Notes: generated by a model from the sequence alone, not told the origin. DNA of 64,000 nt from SAR324 cluster bacterium (GCA_015231825.1 JADGAV010000002.1:9914-73913), one strand, 5' to 3'. Numbered from the stretch's first letter, positions 28,601 to 38,889 are shown. Numbers and translations are program-made.

Positions 28601-28865
28601 AACCCAAACCTGCAAAGAATTGATTGGACTCTTGAACCAGTGTTTTTAGATCTTCTTCGGTTTCAACAAATTCTTTGATGACCTCGATTTTACGAAAAAG
28701 ATCCCGGTCAATTTTGTCCATGATTTCGGTTGCCAGAGTTGCCGAATTGAGTCCGATTTCTTTTTGAAAAGTCTTTTTCACCTCCACCAGATTCCAGAAT
28801 TCAATTCCTAAATGGAGCGCGACGATCACTAGAAATCCAATTACAAGTTTCAGCTTTATGCTCAT
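25617..28865 (-). CDS. Sensor histidine kinase: periplasmic Cache-like domain, HAMP, 3 PAS, HisKA, HATPase_c (no receiver)
   Basis: N-terminal TM, ~300-aa periplasmic domain, second TM with HAMP, repeated PAS blocks ('DLIPHPI..AKD..G', 'SVDITELKK' twice), H-box 'MAHEINNPLAGI', N/G boxes 'EVEDNGSGM' and 'GTGLGLS'; the protein ends in the ATPase domain. Confidence 0.8.
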   Translation of the reverse strand: MSIKLKLVIGFLVIVALHLGIEFWNLVEVKKTFQKEIGLNSATLATEIMDKIDRDLFRKIEVIKEFVETEEDLKTLVQESNQFFAGLGSEEAVQALINSRDKEWMEADEFQQIPLMDTLMKRPVSLHLQEIKSFYQKEYGYDVFAEIFITNQYGANVAQTGKTSDYRQDDEHWWQEGKANGIWVGDVAYDQSAEVYSLDIILELKDQEGQFIGMLKAVLNIQEIYQILNDLKNESKYQSYQVELISKSGEVIYPHENLSESSDYALKKSSHANTLPMEIQFLIENSENGTETLNAFARSKGYRSFKGLEWIIVLSMNTSEIFKPVDELKTKITILALIITLLSIAIGLFISISTLRPILNLVKITKEISKNNDYSLRAQKASNDEISDLIDGFNSMLMKIQERGGAMAQSEAELKESELHLKQVIDLIPHPINAKDVTGKILLANRAQGELFGVPSKTLVGQKFQSYLDTQENVLEQIANDDREVIESGQVKMIPEVTYEYQGKSWLFQVHKMPFTISGIKSVLSVSVDITELKKVQREIQELNKNLEKRVTDQTTELRRTILQLEGQHQKLQESESRLRQVIDLIPHPIYAKDREGTFHLVNRAQAELYDTSVKKLVNFKQRDTLKHKDKLKSIQQEDKEVIENGIDVFIPETSFLDNRGHDHVYQVQKRPFKIGNIETALGVSVDITELKKVQNELLQVQNFLNSIIDSMPSILVGVNLQGLVTQWNKEAEKRTGIQAEQAQGKSLTDVFPKLVSHLDQIQEAIKNRQTLHEEKIVYQDHEENQISNITVYPLIAENVEGAVIRIDDVTEQTRLEEVIVQSEKMMSVGGLAAGMAHEINNPLAGIIQGIQVIQNRLSLEFEKNHQAAQECGIELSKMLSYMEKRQILEFLHDIRESGNRAANIVSNMLQFSRGSTSSKEEADLSELINRVVELASNDYDLKKHYDFRQIEIIREFDSSCPKVFCILIEIEQVLLNLIKNAGQAIKDRKETDPAWNSPRIVLRFFKEEQHVQIEVEDNGSGMKEANRKRIFEPFFTTKDVGVGTGLGLSVSYFIITENHKGSMSVESQSGLGSKFIIKIPI

Positions 28866-29042
28866 TTGACCTCTTGCAGGAAGGTGTCGTTCTATAGATA
28901 TTCTGGCTGATTGTCAGGTATTGAAGAATTTTCCCCAGTCAGAATGCAGACCTTTTCACCGATTTCATAGAGTAGGCCGGAAAGAAGGAGGTGTCAAGCA
29001 GGATGCAGGATTGAGCGGGTTGAGTAAGCTGCCTAAATGTCC

Positions 29043-29978
29043 TTATTTTGCGGCCAGACAGTATAGAAATTCAAGGGCAAGCGTTGCTCCGGCGAGGGAG
29101 GTGATGTCAGAGTGATCATAGGGAGGAGCGACTTCTACTAGATCCATACCGACCAGATTCAAATCCTGCAAGCCGCGAATCAATTTGAGAGCACGGTCCG
29201 TCGTGATACCCCCAGCAACCGGTGTCCCGGTTCCCGGGGCGTATGCTGGATCAAGGCAGTCAATATCAAAGCTGATATACGCGGGTGAGTCTCCCACACA
29301 TTGATAGACTAGTGCAATGATTTCTTCGACAGCAAGATCATTGGCTGCGGCCCCGTCTATCACCTTGAAAGGGTGCATTTCATAATTGTATTGAGTACGG
29401 ATCCCGATTTGAATTGATTTGAAAGGATCGATTAATCTTTCTTCAATTGCGGGAAAAAACATGGTGCCGTGATCAAAAGGTCCACCCTTGCTGTCCGTAT
29501 CCGTGTGAGCGTCAAAATGGATCAATGCCAGGGGACCGTGATGAATGTTAAATCCCCGAAGCAAAGGTAAAGTCACGAAATGATCACCACCGAAAGAAAG
29601 GAGAGCTTTTCCTGCAGAAAGAATCTTTGTGCATTCTGCTGCAACAATTTTCATCATGTCATGACTGTCCCCCGGTCGAAATTCAAGATCCCCATAGTCG
29701 TTAACTGAAAGGCGGTCGAATAACGAAAAAGTCCAGGGCCAACGTGTTGTCTCCCACCGCAGATTGGTGCTGGCCTGCCGAATTCCGTTCGGTCCCATCC
29801 GGGCACCGGAGCGCCCGGTAGTGGCTAAATCGTAGGGAATTCCCATCACCACCACATCAACCGCATCACCGAGCTCCCGGCTCAAGGGACGCCCCAAAAA
29901 TGAATAATTATTCGCGTACATCGAAAGGTCTGCAATGAAGTGCTCATTCCCTGTCATTGAAACGCTCCTTTCGCTCAT
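29043..29978 (-). CDS. speB: Agmatinase (arginase/ureohydrolase family)
   Basis: 311 aa; Mn-binding motifs 'HFDAHTDT', 'SFGGDH' and 'SFDIDCLDP' typical of SpeB. Confidence 0.75.
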   Translation of the reverse strand: MSERSVSMTGNEHFIADLSMYANNYSFLGRPLSRELGDAVDVVVMGIPYDLATTGRSGARMGPNGIRQASTNLRWETTRWPWTFSLFDRLSVNDYGDLEFRPGDSHDMMKIVAAECTKILSAGKALLSFGGDHFVTLPLLRGFNIHHGPLALIHFDAHTDTDSKGGPFDHGTMFFPAIEERLIDPFKSIQIGIRTQYNYEMHPFKVIDGAAANDLAVEEIIALVYQCVGDSPAYISFDIDCLDPAYAPGTGTPVAGGITTDRALKLIRGLQDLNLVGMDLVEVAPPYDHSDITSLAGATLALEFLYCLAAK

Positions 29979-29990
29979 TTCCGGAAATTT

Positions 29991-30464
29991 TTAAGATAAG
30001 ATACCATGGATGATAATGGCTGCAGAAATATAAAATGCAGCTTCTAAAACACCGACTCCCACATTTCGGTCTACCAAAATTTCTTTGTCCATATCGTAAG
30101 GAATGATTTTATAAAGTCCTTTTCGACCAAATCCAAGACAGAGCAAACCGATGATAAAATAGAAAAGGGTCGTGATCAATTCGGCACCGATTATTGACCA
30201 GATGGAGGGCGTCTCTATGTCAACAAAGGGAAACATTTCATAGTTGACTTCTCCAGCGACTGACGCGTGAATTATGATGGCAAGACCAACAAAAAAACCT
30301 GATTCTGCGCAGGAAACCGCAGGATTGTCATTTTCTGAAGTCTCGTGGGTCAAATCATAAGCGGTTATTCCATCGAAAAATTTCCTGCCGAGCATCAAGG
30401 CGAGCAATCCGATCACAAAATAGATAATCACTTCGGTCAATTTCAACATAATCATATCAATCAT
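29991..30464 (-). CDS. DUF350 (YjfL-like) inner-membrane protein
   Basis: 157 aa, 4 TMs forming two DUF350 repeats with a 'DNPAV' motif. Confidence 0.6.
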   Translation of the reverse strand: MIDMIMLKLTEVIIYFVIGLLALMLGRKFFDGITAYDLTHETSENDNPAVSCAESGFFVGLAIIIHASVAGEVNYEMFPFVDIETPSIWSIIGAELITTLFYFIIGLLCLGFGRKGLYKIIPYDMDKEILVDRNVGVGVLEAAFYISAAIIIHGILS

Positions 30465-30734
30465 TGTGCACTCCTTTTTGAAATTTTGTTTTTATTCTTC
30501 AAGATTTTTTGTGAGCCCGTCAATTCAAGGATTCTGATTGCTCTGAACAAATAGAAAAGATTTTGGAAAGCATCTACTGGAAAAAAAGGTTTACTTCGTC
30601 TTTTGATTTTCACATTGTTTGTCACAAACAGATCAACAGGATAAAAAAACAGTGGCAATTACTCTGTTACCTCTGCTAATACTCCAACGTTATGACAGTT
30701 ACAAGATGGAAGAGAATGCTGCGAGATGCAAGAA

Positions 30735-33266
30735 CTAGTTATTTGCAGGGAACTGAGAATGCTTTAAACGCAGGGCATTCAGTGTGACAAAAATAGAACT
30801 GAAAGCCATTGCAGAGGCTGCAAAAAGAGGATTGACCCATCCCATCATGGCCAGAGGAATTGTCAAAGCATTATATGCGAGTGAAATTCCAAGGTTTTGC
30901 CGAATCACCTGAGTCGTTTTTTGGGATATTTGAAGCAGTTCGACCGCACCGTTTAATTGTGATTGCAATAAAACGACATCCGCGGCTTCCAAAGAGATAT
31001 CTGCGGCATTTCCGAGAGCCACACCGAGATCTGCCTGCTGAAGAGATGGAGCATCGTTGATTCCATCTCCAAGCATCATCACCTTTTTTCCTGACAGCTG
31101 CAGTTTTTGAAGATATTCCAGCTTCTGATCCGGCATCAAATTTCCATGTGCCTGGTCAATTCCAAGCTGTTTTGCAATAAAGTCTACAATTTCTTGCCGG
31201 TCTCCGGATAAAATATGAATATGTTTCCCTGCTTTTTTTAAGGATTGGATACTTTGTTCTGCTCCATTGCGAAGCTGATCTTTTAGAATCAGTTGACCGC
31301 AAAGAATTCTGTCGATGGCAACAAATACTTCAACGTTCGGAAGTGTTTTGGAAACCCGAACTGAATTTTCTGTTTTTTCGGGGACGAAGACTTGATTGGT
31401 GTTTAGAAATTCACGATTGCCAACTAATATTAAACGATTGTCGACTTGCCCGGAAATGCCCTTTCCAGGGTGCTGTTCAACCGAGCCGACTTTGAAAGCG
31501 GATGCCGTCAGAGATTTTTTTTCTCCAAAAAGCCTGAGTGCTTTAGCAATCGGGTGATTGACTTCGGCCTCCAATGAAAGAGCTAGTCTGAACCAGTCTT
31601 CAAACCGTGAAATTGATAGATCTTGAACAGAAATCACCTCCATTTCCCCGGAGGTGAGTGTCCCGGTCTTGTCAAAAACTATCTCACTCATTTCGGATGC
31701 CTGTTCCAGGATATCTCCACCTTTGATCAGGATTCCTCTTTTTGAAGCAATTCCGGTGCCTGCCAGGATTGCGGTGGGAGTGGCAAGACTCAACGCACAG
31801 GGACATGCAATGATGATGACCGAAACGGCAATGTACCAGGCCGGTTGCGAATGTGGTGTGCCTAAAAATGTCCAGTAGGCCCAGGTGCCGAAGGTGAGCA
31901 GCAAAACAACCCAGACAAACCATGAGGCAACACGGTCGGCGATTCGCTGGATGCGCGTTTTTTTCTGAGTCGCCTGTTCGATCATTTGAACCACCCGGTT
32001 CAGCATGGTTTCCCGACCGACTGCAGTTGCTTTCATCACAAAGCTTCCGTTTTGACTGATACTTCCTCCAATGACAGAGGATTTTTCATTGACAAAACGC
32101 CACATGGATTCTCCAGTCAAAGCAGATTCATCGATCTCAGCCTTGCCGGTCATGACAATGCCATCCACTGGTATGGTATCTCCCTGACGCACCAGCAGCA
32201 GATCATTGGTTTGAATGTTTTCATGTGGAATCAGCGTTTCCTTGTTGTTGGCAGAAATCAGGGTAGCAAATTGGGGAGAAAGCTGAGTCAAACGCTCTGT
32301 AATGGAGGAAACCTGATTTTTGGTCAAATGCTCCAATGTTCGGCTGATCAGAAGAAAAAAGGTGATCATCGTGCAGGAGTCAAAGTAGGTACTTTTTGCA
32401 TTGCTCATCAGTGCGACTACGGATGCTGAAAAAGTGACTCCGATTCCGAGGGAAATCAAAAAATCCATATTCGGTTGGCGAATCTTCAAAGCACGCCAGG
32501 CCCCTTGCCAGAAAGGAACGGCAGAGTAAAAAATAACTGGCAGCGTCAGCACCCCGGAAATAAATTCAAACAAAAACTTGTACTCGTCTTCAATGCCGCT
32601 GAAGTATCCTGCATAGAGGGAAACACTGAGCATCATCACGTTCCCCGCACAAAATGCTGCAACTGCCAATCTTATGACCATCTGGCGGAAAGCATCCCGA
32701 CTTTTTTGCTCTTGAATTGAGGCATCATAAGGCAATGCGGAATAACCAATCTGTTGAAATCTCTGCAGTATCTCTGAAAAATGAGCTTCATCCGGATTCC
32801 AGACGACATGGGCCCGGTGATTTCCAAAATTGAGAGAGGCCTCGACGACTCCTTTTTGTTTAAGAAGAAATTGCTCTATCAGCCAAATACAGGCGGCACA
32901 ATGAATTCCATCCACCATTAAATCTGCTGAATTCAAACCATCTTTATTTTTTTGAATATACAGCTGAGCCACGTTGTCTTGATCATATCGACTGAAATCG
33001 TCATTGGTTTTAGCAGATAACAATTGAGAGATAGTTTCTGAAGGAGTCTTTTCGCGTTTCTGGTAATAGGCGTCCAACCCGCTTCCATTGATGAATTGCC
33101 AAACAGAGGCACATCCGTAACAGCAGAACAGTTGTTCAGGTGCGGAATCTATCGCAATTCTTTCTTTAGCCAAAGGGAGCAGGCAATGGCCACAAGCCAT
33201 TGATTCTGAAGTTGAAGCTGCCTTTTTTAAAGAGCTCATCAAAAGGGAGGAAGGCAAAGTCGCCAT
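30735..33266 (-). CDS. ccoI: Copper-translocating P1B-type ATPase, cbb3-oxidase-associated
   Basis: N-terminal CxxC region, HMA-like 'DGIHCAACIW', 'CPC' in TM6, 'DKTGTLT' phosphorylation site, 'GDGINDAP'; terminal gene of the cco operon. Confidence 0.85.
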   Translation of the reverse strand: MATLPSSLLMSSLKKAASTSESMACGHCLLPLAKERIAIDSAPEQLFCCYGCASVWQFINGSGLDAYYQKREKTPSETISQLLSAKTNDDFSRYDQDNVAQLYIQKNKDGLNSADLMVDGIHCAACIWLIEQFLLKQKGVVEASLNFGNHRAHVVWNPDEAHFSEILQRFQQIGYSALPYDASIQEQKSRDAFRQMVIRLAVAAFCAGNVMMLSVSLYAGYFSGIEDEYKFLFEFISGVLTLPVIFYSAVPFWQGAWRALKIRQPNMDFLISLGIGVTFSASVVALMSNAKSTYFDSCTMITFFLLISRTLEHLTKNQVSSITERLTQLSPQFATLISANNKETLIPHENIQTNDLLLVRQGDTIPVDGIVMTGKAEIDESALTGESMWRFVNEKSSVIGGSISQNGSFVMKATAVGRETMLNRVVQMIEQATQKKTRIQRIADRVASWFVWVVLLLTFGTWAYWTFLGTPHSQPAWYIAVSVIIIACPCALSLATPTAILAGTGIASKRGILIKGGDILEQASEMSEIVFDKTGTLTSGEMEVISVQDLSISRFEDWFRLALSLEAEVNHPIAKALRLFGEKKSLTASAFKVGSVEQHPGKGISGQVDNRLILVGNREFLNTNQVFVPEKTENSVRVSKTLPNVEVFVAIDRILCGQLILKDQLRNGAEQSIQSLKKAGKHIHILSGDRQEIVDFIAKQLGIDQAHGNLMPDQKLEYLQKLQLSGKKVMMLGDGINDAPSLQQADLGVALGNAADISLEAADVVLLQSQLNGAVELLQISQKTTQVIRQNLGISLAYNALTIPLAMMGWVNPLFAASAMAFSSIFVTLNALRLKHSQFPANN

Positions 33267-33955
33267 AAATCATTTGCAATGAAGTGATTCCAAAACAGTC
33301 TGATTCCCATCAAGATTACAATGATCCCGGCGAATTGAACTGATCGAAAGCGAAAATGAGGAGAAATCTTGGAAATGATGGTTCCTGTAAGAAGAATTGC
33401 AGGAGAAGTAATTAGACAAAAAGTGAGCATGATCAGCATGCCCCTGACGAGCGAATTGGATGCAAATGCCTGCATTTCTGCAGCCCACATCAGTCCGCAG
33501 GGGAGAATTCCGGAAATCATTCCCAGCGGCATAACACGCCAGGGAGAATTACTCAACTGCCAGCGTTGAAGGGATGGGATCAGCCAGCTCATACTTTTTG
33601 ATATCCATAAAGCAATATTTTCAGGCCATTTTTGTTGAAACAAAGAGGAAAGCCCGCCTGCAATTAAAATTACGCCTGCCAGCAAACCACCTAAATCACG
33701 CCAGTTCGAATCAGGAGTCATCGCAGTATAAAAAGCCATTCCCAAAGTCCCCAGCAGGGCGCCTATCCATCCGTAAGCCAGTAATCGTCCTGCCATGTAA
33801 GCACTGTGAAATTTCCACAGTGAACGAGTATTCGATTGTTCGATAGAAAGTGAGTAGGTCGAGCAAATCGCGCCGCACATTCCAGCACAATGCAGACTTC
33901 CGGTTAGACCAAGCAAAACTAAGAATGTCAAATCAATGGCAAAAATACTTTCCAT
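33239..33955 (-). CDS. DsbD_2/UreH-like transmembrane protein (TauE-like fold) with HCxxMCG motif
   Basis: 238 aa, ~6 TMs; 'GSLHCAGMCGAI' in TM1 and a second Cys pair 'ILPCGLMW'. Overlaps the ccoI start by 28 nt, which suggests translational coupling. Confidence 0.5.
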   Translation of the reverse strand: MESIFAIDLTFLVLLGLTGSLHCAGMCGAICSTYSLSIEQSNTRSLWKFHSAYMAGRLLAYGWIGALLGTLGMAFYTAMTPDSNWRDLGGLLAGVILIAGGLSSLFQQKWPENIALWISKSMSWLIPSLQRWQLSNSPWRVMPLGMISGILPCGLMWAAEMQAFASNSLVRGMLIMLTFCLITSPAILLTGTIISKISPHFRFRSVQFAGIIVILMGIRLFWNHFIANDLWRLCLPPF

Positions 33956-34089
33956 GGTTTTGGAAACGGGGGAATCCCCTTAGAAATCCAAGGCCCCGGG
34001 AGTATAGGGAAAGAGATGAATTTTGGCGGAAATTCACCTCTTTCCTTTCCGGGCGGCACGCCTTTCGGAATTTCTAAGGGGAGGGGGTT

Positions 34090-34581
34090 CTAAATATGAA
34101 GTCGAATTTTCTGGTAGAAAAGGGGGTTTTGATTGTCTCCTTTAAACAAGACCCTTACTTCCCACAGTCCAGATGCAAGGGCAGACAATTCTGTTTGATA
34201 GACCCCGGGGGCAACTTCGCTCAGTTTTGTTTGGACGTCTTTGCTTAAGTCAGAAGGACGGTAGAGATTGATCGTGCCTGTTTGTTTTGGAATGAGGTTT
34301 TTTGCCGAATCTTTTAACGTAATTTGAAGCAGGGAATGATGTTCTCTTTGCTCATGGACCAATGCTACCTGCCAGCCTCGTTTTTCGGTCTCTGTTTGTG
34401 CTTCAATCATTTTGTCATATTTGATCGCATTGTCATAATAGTCCTCGACTACCAATTGATGCGGTGATTGATTGGCGATCCAAAAGAGGTAAAAATTCAC
34501 AGCAGCCAGGATCACGAAAAAAAGAAAGATTCCGAGCGGCCAGGGAGAAAAGGAAGAAGGGACTTTAGGCGTTGGCCTCAT
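34090..34581 (-). CDS. ccoH: FixH/CcoH-like cbb3 assembly protein
   Basis: 163 aa; single N-terminal TM then a periplasmic domain ('EDYYDNAIKYDKMIE...GWQVAL'); ATGA overlap with ccoG. Confidence 0.6.
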   Translation of the reverse strand: MRPTPKVPSSFSPWPLGIFLFFVILAAVNFYLFWIANQSPHQLVVEDYYDNAIKYDKMIEAQTETEKRGWQVALVHEQREHHSLLQITLKDSAKNLIPKQTGTINLYRPSDLSKDVQTKLSEVAPGVYQTELSALASGLWEVRVLFKGDNQNPLFYQKIRLHI

Positions 34582-35951
34582 AATATGGGTCCTAGAATAA
34601 AGGTGGAAGATTCCGCAATCTCGCGGTCATCTGAAAACAATAACAGGGTGATCGCTTGCTTGCCGGAAGGCATGTTGGCTTGTGGGATATTGACAAACAA
34701 TTCCATCCGCTTCAATGAATTGGCAGGCAAAGGAAAAGGTTGGACCGGAACAATCAGCCTGGCATCCTCGGCTCCTGAAACCTTCACCGTAATATTGTGG
34801 TCAACTTGATCCTTATTGAGCAGGCGCAGTGAGAGATGATTGCTGACTGTTTTCCCTTCCAAAAGTGTGTATGGTTCTCCTGGGGCACGGATAATTGTGA
34901 ACTCCACGAGGGGACGTACTGCCAGGGACCAGAAAAACCCGATGCTCAATATAACCAAAAAACTTGCATAAATAACAACTCTCGGACGAATTAGACGTTG
35001 CTGTTGATCCTCCATCTGGGCTTCCGAACTGTATCTGATCAAGCCTTTCGGTTTATTGATCCGCTCCATGATATTGTCACAGGCATCAATGCAGTTGGTG
35101 CAGCCGATACATTCTAACTGAACTCCATTTCGAATATCAATTCCTGTTGGACATACCCGGATACAGGCCTTGCAGTCAATACAGTCACCTTCGGCCTTTT
35201 TGACTTTGCCGCGAGGTTCCCCGCGGTTGTAATCGTAGGTCACCTGCAATGTGTGCTTGTCAACCAATGCAGACTGAAAACGAGCGTAAGGACAAAGTAT
35301 CGTGCAGAACTGCTCGCGGAACCAGGCAAAATTTAGGTAAAACACCACAAAGTTCGCGAGCATGAACAAAAATGCCCCCCAATTTTCATAGGGAGGCCGG
35401 CCGATCCATTCCAAAACTTCTTCGGTGCTTTTAAAATAGGCGAGAAAAGTGTTGGCAATCACAAATCCGACGGCGAGAAAAATGGCATGTTTGAGCAGCT
35501 TTTTCCCGATTTTAACTGCATTCCAGGGCCCTTTGTCCAAAGCGATGCGTTTATTCCGATCTCCTTCAATCAGATTTTCGATCCGGTGAAAGACGAATTC
35601 AAGAAAAACGGTTTGTGGACAGGCCCAGCCGCACCAAAGGCGACCCGCCAGGGAAGTGACAAAAAAAAGTAAGATTGCAGCCCCGATTAATACAAAAACC
35701 AGGTACTTGACGTCTTGAGGCCAATAGGTTGTTCCCCATATTATAAAATGCTGTTCGACAATATCCAGCTTGAGGGCGGGCAAACCGTCAATTCGAACCC
35801 AGGGGACTGCGAGGTAAAACAATAGAAGCGCCCAACTGACCCATTCTCTCCGCTTTGAGAAATATCCTGTAACTTTTTGTGGATAGAGCCAGTTTCGTTG
35901 TCCGGAGGCATCCATTGTCACCGGACGGGAAAGCGCCCTGGGAAGTTTCAT
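34578..35951 (-). CDS. ccoG: CcoG/FixG polyferredoxin
   Basis: N-terminal TMs with 'CGWACPQ', then 'CIDCKACIRVCP' and 'CIGCTNCIDACD' 4Fe-4S motifs and a C-terminal Ig-like domain. Confidence 0.8.
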   Translation of the reverse strand: MKLPRALSRPVTMDASGQRNWLYPQKVTGYFSKRREWVSWALLLFYLAVPWVRIDGLPALKLDIVEQHFIIWGTTYWPQDVKYLVFVLIGAAILLFFVTSLAGRLWCGWACPQTVFLEFVFHRIENLIEGDRNKRIALDKGPWNAVKIGKKLLKHAIFLAVGFVIANTFLAYFKSTEEVLEWIGRPPYENWGAFLFMLANFVVFYLNFAWFREQFCTILCPYARFQSALVDKHTLQVTYDYNRGEPRGKVKKAEGDCIDCKACIRVCPTGIDIRNGVQLECIGCTNCIDACDNIMERINKPKGLIRYSSEAQMEDQQQRLIRPRVVIYASFLVILSIGFFWSLAVRPLVEFTIIRAPGEPYTLLEGKTVSNHLSLRLLNKDQVDHNITVKVSGAEDARLIVPVQPFPLPANSLKRMELFVNIPQANMPSGKQAITLLLFSDDREIAESSTFILGPIL

Positions 35952-35960
35952 TTTCAGTTC

Positions 35961-36536
35961 CTAATACTTTTCCCCCTGTGGGGCCTTTGGATTGGGGGGA
36001 TTTGTGCCTTTGAGTGTTTGAACATAGGCAACAACATCTCGAATTTTACTGGGACTCAAAACTGTTTTCCAGGCGATCATTCCTTTCTCAAGTACCCCAT
36101 TTGTGACGATTTTTGTCAAATCTGCCTCCGTGTTTCCATGAAGCCAGTAGTCGTCGGTTAAATTCGGGCCAATCCCTCCCTCTCCCAATTGGCCGTGACA
36201 GGCGACGCAGTTGGTGAGATAGATCGATTTCCCGGAATCAGTATTGGAGCTCTGTGCAGCAGGAGCTGCACTTGCTGTCGTTGAAGCGGCACTCGATTGG
36301 AGAGCCGCGGCCTCAGCCGCTTTTTGCTTTTCTGCTCTCATTTTTGCAACGATTGCCACTTCTTTGTTGTGTTCTTCAACCGGCAGCACCCCTCCAAAAA
36401 AATGATAATAAGGGAAATAAACTACGCCGAAGATGATCGTCAGATAAAAAAGCCAAACCCACCATCGCGGAAGAGGATTGTCATACTCTTGAATGCCGTC
36501 AAAACTGTGATCAAGTACTTTTTCTTCTTGTGCCAT
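35961..36536 (-). CDS. ccoP: cbb3 oxidase subunit CcoP, monoheme form
   Basis: N-terminal 'DGIQEYDNPLPRWWVWLFY' CcoP signature; only one CxxCH ('CVACHG') within the 191 aa. Confidence 0.7.
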   Translation of the reverse strand: MAQEEKVLDHSFDGIQEYDNPLPRWWVWLFYLTIIFGVVYFPYYHFFGGVLPVEEHNKEVAIVAKMRAEKQKAAEAAALQSSAASTTASAAPAAQSSNTDSGKSIYLTNCVACHGQLGEGGIGPNLTDDYWLHGNTEADLTKIVTNGVLEKGMIAWKTVLSPSKIRDVVAYVQTLKGTNPPNPKAPQGEKY

Positions 36537-36545
36537 TGCTCCTCC

Positions 36546-36737
36546 TTAAGAGCGGTTTCGGAAATTTGGAGATTGAGGTTCTGCTTCCAAAGGCATTTTT
36601 GCAATTGCATCATATTTTTCCTTGGATCCTTTCCGGAAAATCCAGAAAAGCATGAACACAAATAAGGCGAAAAAAATGAGCAATGAAATCACTCCTCCTT
36701 GGGAAGCTCCTGTTTCTGCAAGTATATATTTAAACAT
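36546..36737 (-). CDS. ccoQ: CcoQ/FixQ-like small membrane subunit
   Basis: 63 aa with a single TM 'ISLLIFFALFVFMLFWIF', positioned between ccoNO and ccoP. Confidence 0.5.
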   Translation of the reverse strand: MFKYILAETGASQGGVISLLIFFALFVFMLFWIFRKGSKEKYDAIAKMPLEAEPQSPNFRNRS

Positions 36738-36756
36738 CTTTCCCTTTATTTTGAAA

Positions 36757-38889
36757 TTATTGGGATTGAGATTTCGTGCCTTTTTTAATATCCGTTCCCA
36801 ATCTTTGCAAATAGGCGATTACGGCGACGATTTCCTTATCAGCAATGTTTTTGACTCCTTGCGCCTCCAAACCTTTACCGATTTCGTCAGCCTGTTTCTT
36901 CAGATTAGCGGCCGCGTTGTCGATGTCTGCCTGAGTGTAGGGAACTCCAAGGCTCTGCATGGCGTCCAATTTTGCCGCGGTGCTGGAAATATCCAGAGTA
37001 TCCCGCAACAACCAGTCATATTTGGGCATCAATGAACCTGCTGAAGTCGATCGCGGGTCTTCCATGTGACGGTAGTGCCACATATCAGGATATTTGCCTC
37101 CAATCCTGTGCAGATCGGGGCCGATTCTTCGAGATCCCCATAAAAATGGATGATCATATACAAATTCTCCAGCTTTGGAATATTCTCCATACCGCTCTGT
37201 TTCGGCCCGGAAAGGGCGAATCATCTGGGAGTGGCACGTTGAGCAGCCTTCGCGAATATAAATGTCTCTTCCTTCCAATTCCAGGGCAGTATAAGGTTTT
37301 ACTGCCGCAATGGTCGGAATGTTGCTTTTAATGACAAAGGTCGGCACCAATTCCACGATACCTCCGATAAGGACCGCAAGCAGTGTAAAGACGGCAAACT
37401 GAATCGGACGATGTTCGAGCAGCAGTTGGAAACTCGCATGCTGTTTGCTTTCCCGAACCAGGGCCGGAGCTTGTGCTTTTTCATCGCTGGGAACTTCCGC
37501 GCCGGCAATGGTTTTCCAGATGTTGTAGACCAGAAGAAAAATTCCTCCAAAGTACATCAATCCCCCAATCAGGCGCACATAGTACATTGGTATGATTCGC
37601 ACAACGGTTTCAACAAAATTTCCGTAGGCCAGATATCCTTCGGAGTCAAAATCACGCCACATCAATCCCTGGGTGATTCCTGCAATCCACATGGCCACCA
37701 CATAAAAGATGATTCCCAAAGTGGCGACCCAGAAATGAGCTGTTGCCAGTCCGACACTATACAAAGGGCGTTTCCAAAGTCTTGGCACCAAATAGTAGAT
37801 AAGGGCGAAATTCATGAATCCATTCCATCCCAGGGCTCCGGAGTGAACATGCCCGATGGTCCAGTCGGTGTAATGAGAAAGGGCGTTGACCGATTTGATC
37901 GACATCATCGGTCCTTCGAATGTGGCCATTCCGTAAAAGGTGATGGCAACGACAAGAAATTTAAGAATAGGGTCAGTGCGCAGTTTGTCCCAGGCTCCCC
38001 GCAAGGTGAGCAAACCGTTGATCATTCCTCCCCAGGAAGGAGCAATCAGCATCAGACTGAACACCATCCCCAAACTTTGAGCCCAATCCGGAAGGGCGGT
38101 AAAAAGAAGATGATGCGGTCCGGCCCAGATATAGAGAAAGACCAGAGCCCAGAAATGCACAATGGAAAGACGATAGGAGTACACCGGTCGATTCGCTGTC
38201 TTCGGCATGTAGTAATACATCAATCCAAGTATTGGAGTGGTCAGAAAGAAGGCAACAGCATTGTGCCCGTACCACCACTGCACCAGGGCATCCTGGACAC
38301 CGGCATAAATAGAGTAACTCTTGAGAAAGGAAACGGGGAGTTCCAGGGAATTGACGATGTGGAGCATGGCAACAGTCACGATAGTCGCAATGTAAAACCA
38401 GAGTGCCACATACATTTGCCGTTCCCGGCGTTTGATCAGGGTGCCGAAAAAATTGATGGCAAATACGACCCAAATTAACGTAATGGCGATATCGATTGGC
38501 CACTCCAGCTCTGCATATTCCTTGGCGGTTGTGATGCCGAAAGGGAGGGTCAGTGCTGCTGCAACGATGATCAGCTGCCACCCCCAAAAATGAATTGTAC
38601 TCAGCGCATCACTGAACATGCGCGCCTTACAGAGACGTTGTGTGGAATGATAAACTCCCATGAACAGTCCATTGCCGACAAATGCAAAAATGACGGCGTT
38701 GGTATGAAGGGGACGCAGACGACCAAAAGAAAACCATGGTCCTATATTCATTTCCCTAAATGCCAATTGTGCAGCGATTAAAACACCAACCAGCAGTCCC
38801 ACCACTCCCCAGAGGATGGTAGCAATTAAAAATTTTCGTACAATACTATCATTGTAATAATAGGTTTCCAGTGTTGCCATATCCTTCAA
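36757..38889 (-). CDS. ccoNO: Fused cbb3-type cytochrome c oxidase subunits I+II (CcoN-CcoO)
   Basis: 710 aa; 12-TM haem-copper oxidase core with His ligands ('[13 protein letters not shown]') continuing into a monoheme cytochrome c domain ('[15 protein letters not shown]...GPDL'). Confidence 0.85.
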   Translation of the reverse strand: MKDMATLETYYYNDSIVRKFLIATILWGVVGLLVGVLIAAQLAFREMNIGPWFSFGRLRPLHTNAVIFAFVGNGLFMGVYHSTQRLCKARMFSDALSTIHFWGWQLIIVAAALTLPFGITTAKEYAELEWPIDIAITLIWVVFAINFFGTLIKRRERQMYVALWFYIATIVTVAMLHIVNSLELPVSFLKSYSIYAGVQDALVQWWYGHNAVAFFLTTPILGLMYYYMPKTANRPVYSYRLSIVHFWALVFLYIWAGPHHLLFTALPDWAQSLGMVFSLMLIAPSWGGMINGLLTLRGAWDKLRTDPILKFLVVAITFYGMATFEGPMMSIKSVNALSHYTDWTIGHVHSGALGWNGFMNFALIYYLVPRLWKRPLYSVGLATAHFWVATLGIIFYVVAMWIAGITQGLMWRDFDSEGYLAYGNFVETVVRIIPMYYVRLIGGLMYFGGIFLLVYNIWKTIAGAEVPSDEKAQAPALVRESKQHASFQLLLEHRPIQFAVFTLLAVLIGGIVELVPTFVIKSNIPTIAAVKPYTALELEGRDIYIREGCSTCHSQMIRPFRAETERYGEYSKAGEFVYDHPFLWGSRRIGPDLHRIGGKYPDMWHYRHMEDPRSTSAGSLMPKYDWLLRDTLDISSTAAKLDAMQSLGVPYTQADIDNAAANLKKQADEIGKGLEAQGVKNIADKEIVAVIAYLQRLGTDIKKGTKSQSQ

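Noticed and set aside
30600-30620. Hairpin TGTTTG-tca-CAAACA after ccoI
   Set aside because: A 6-bp AT-rich stem with no U-tract; not convincing as an intrinsic terminator.
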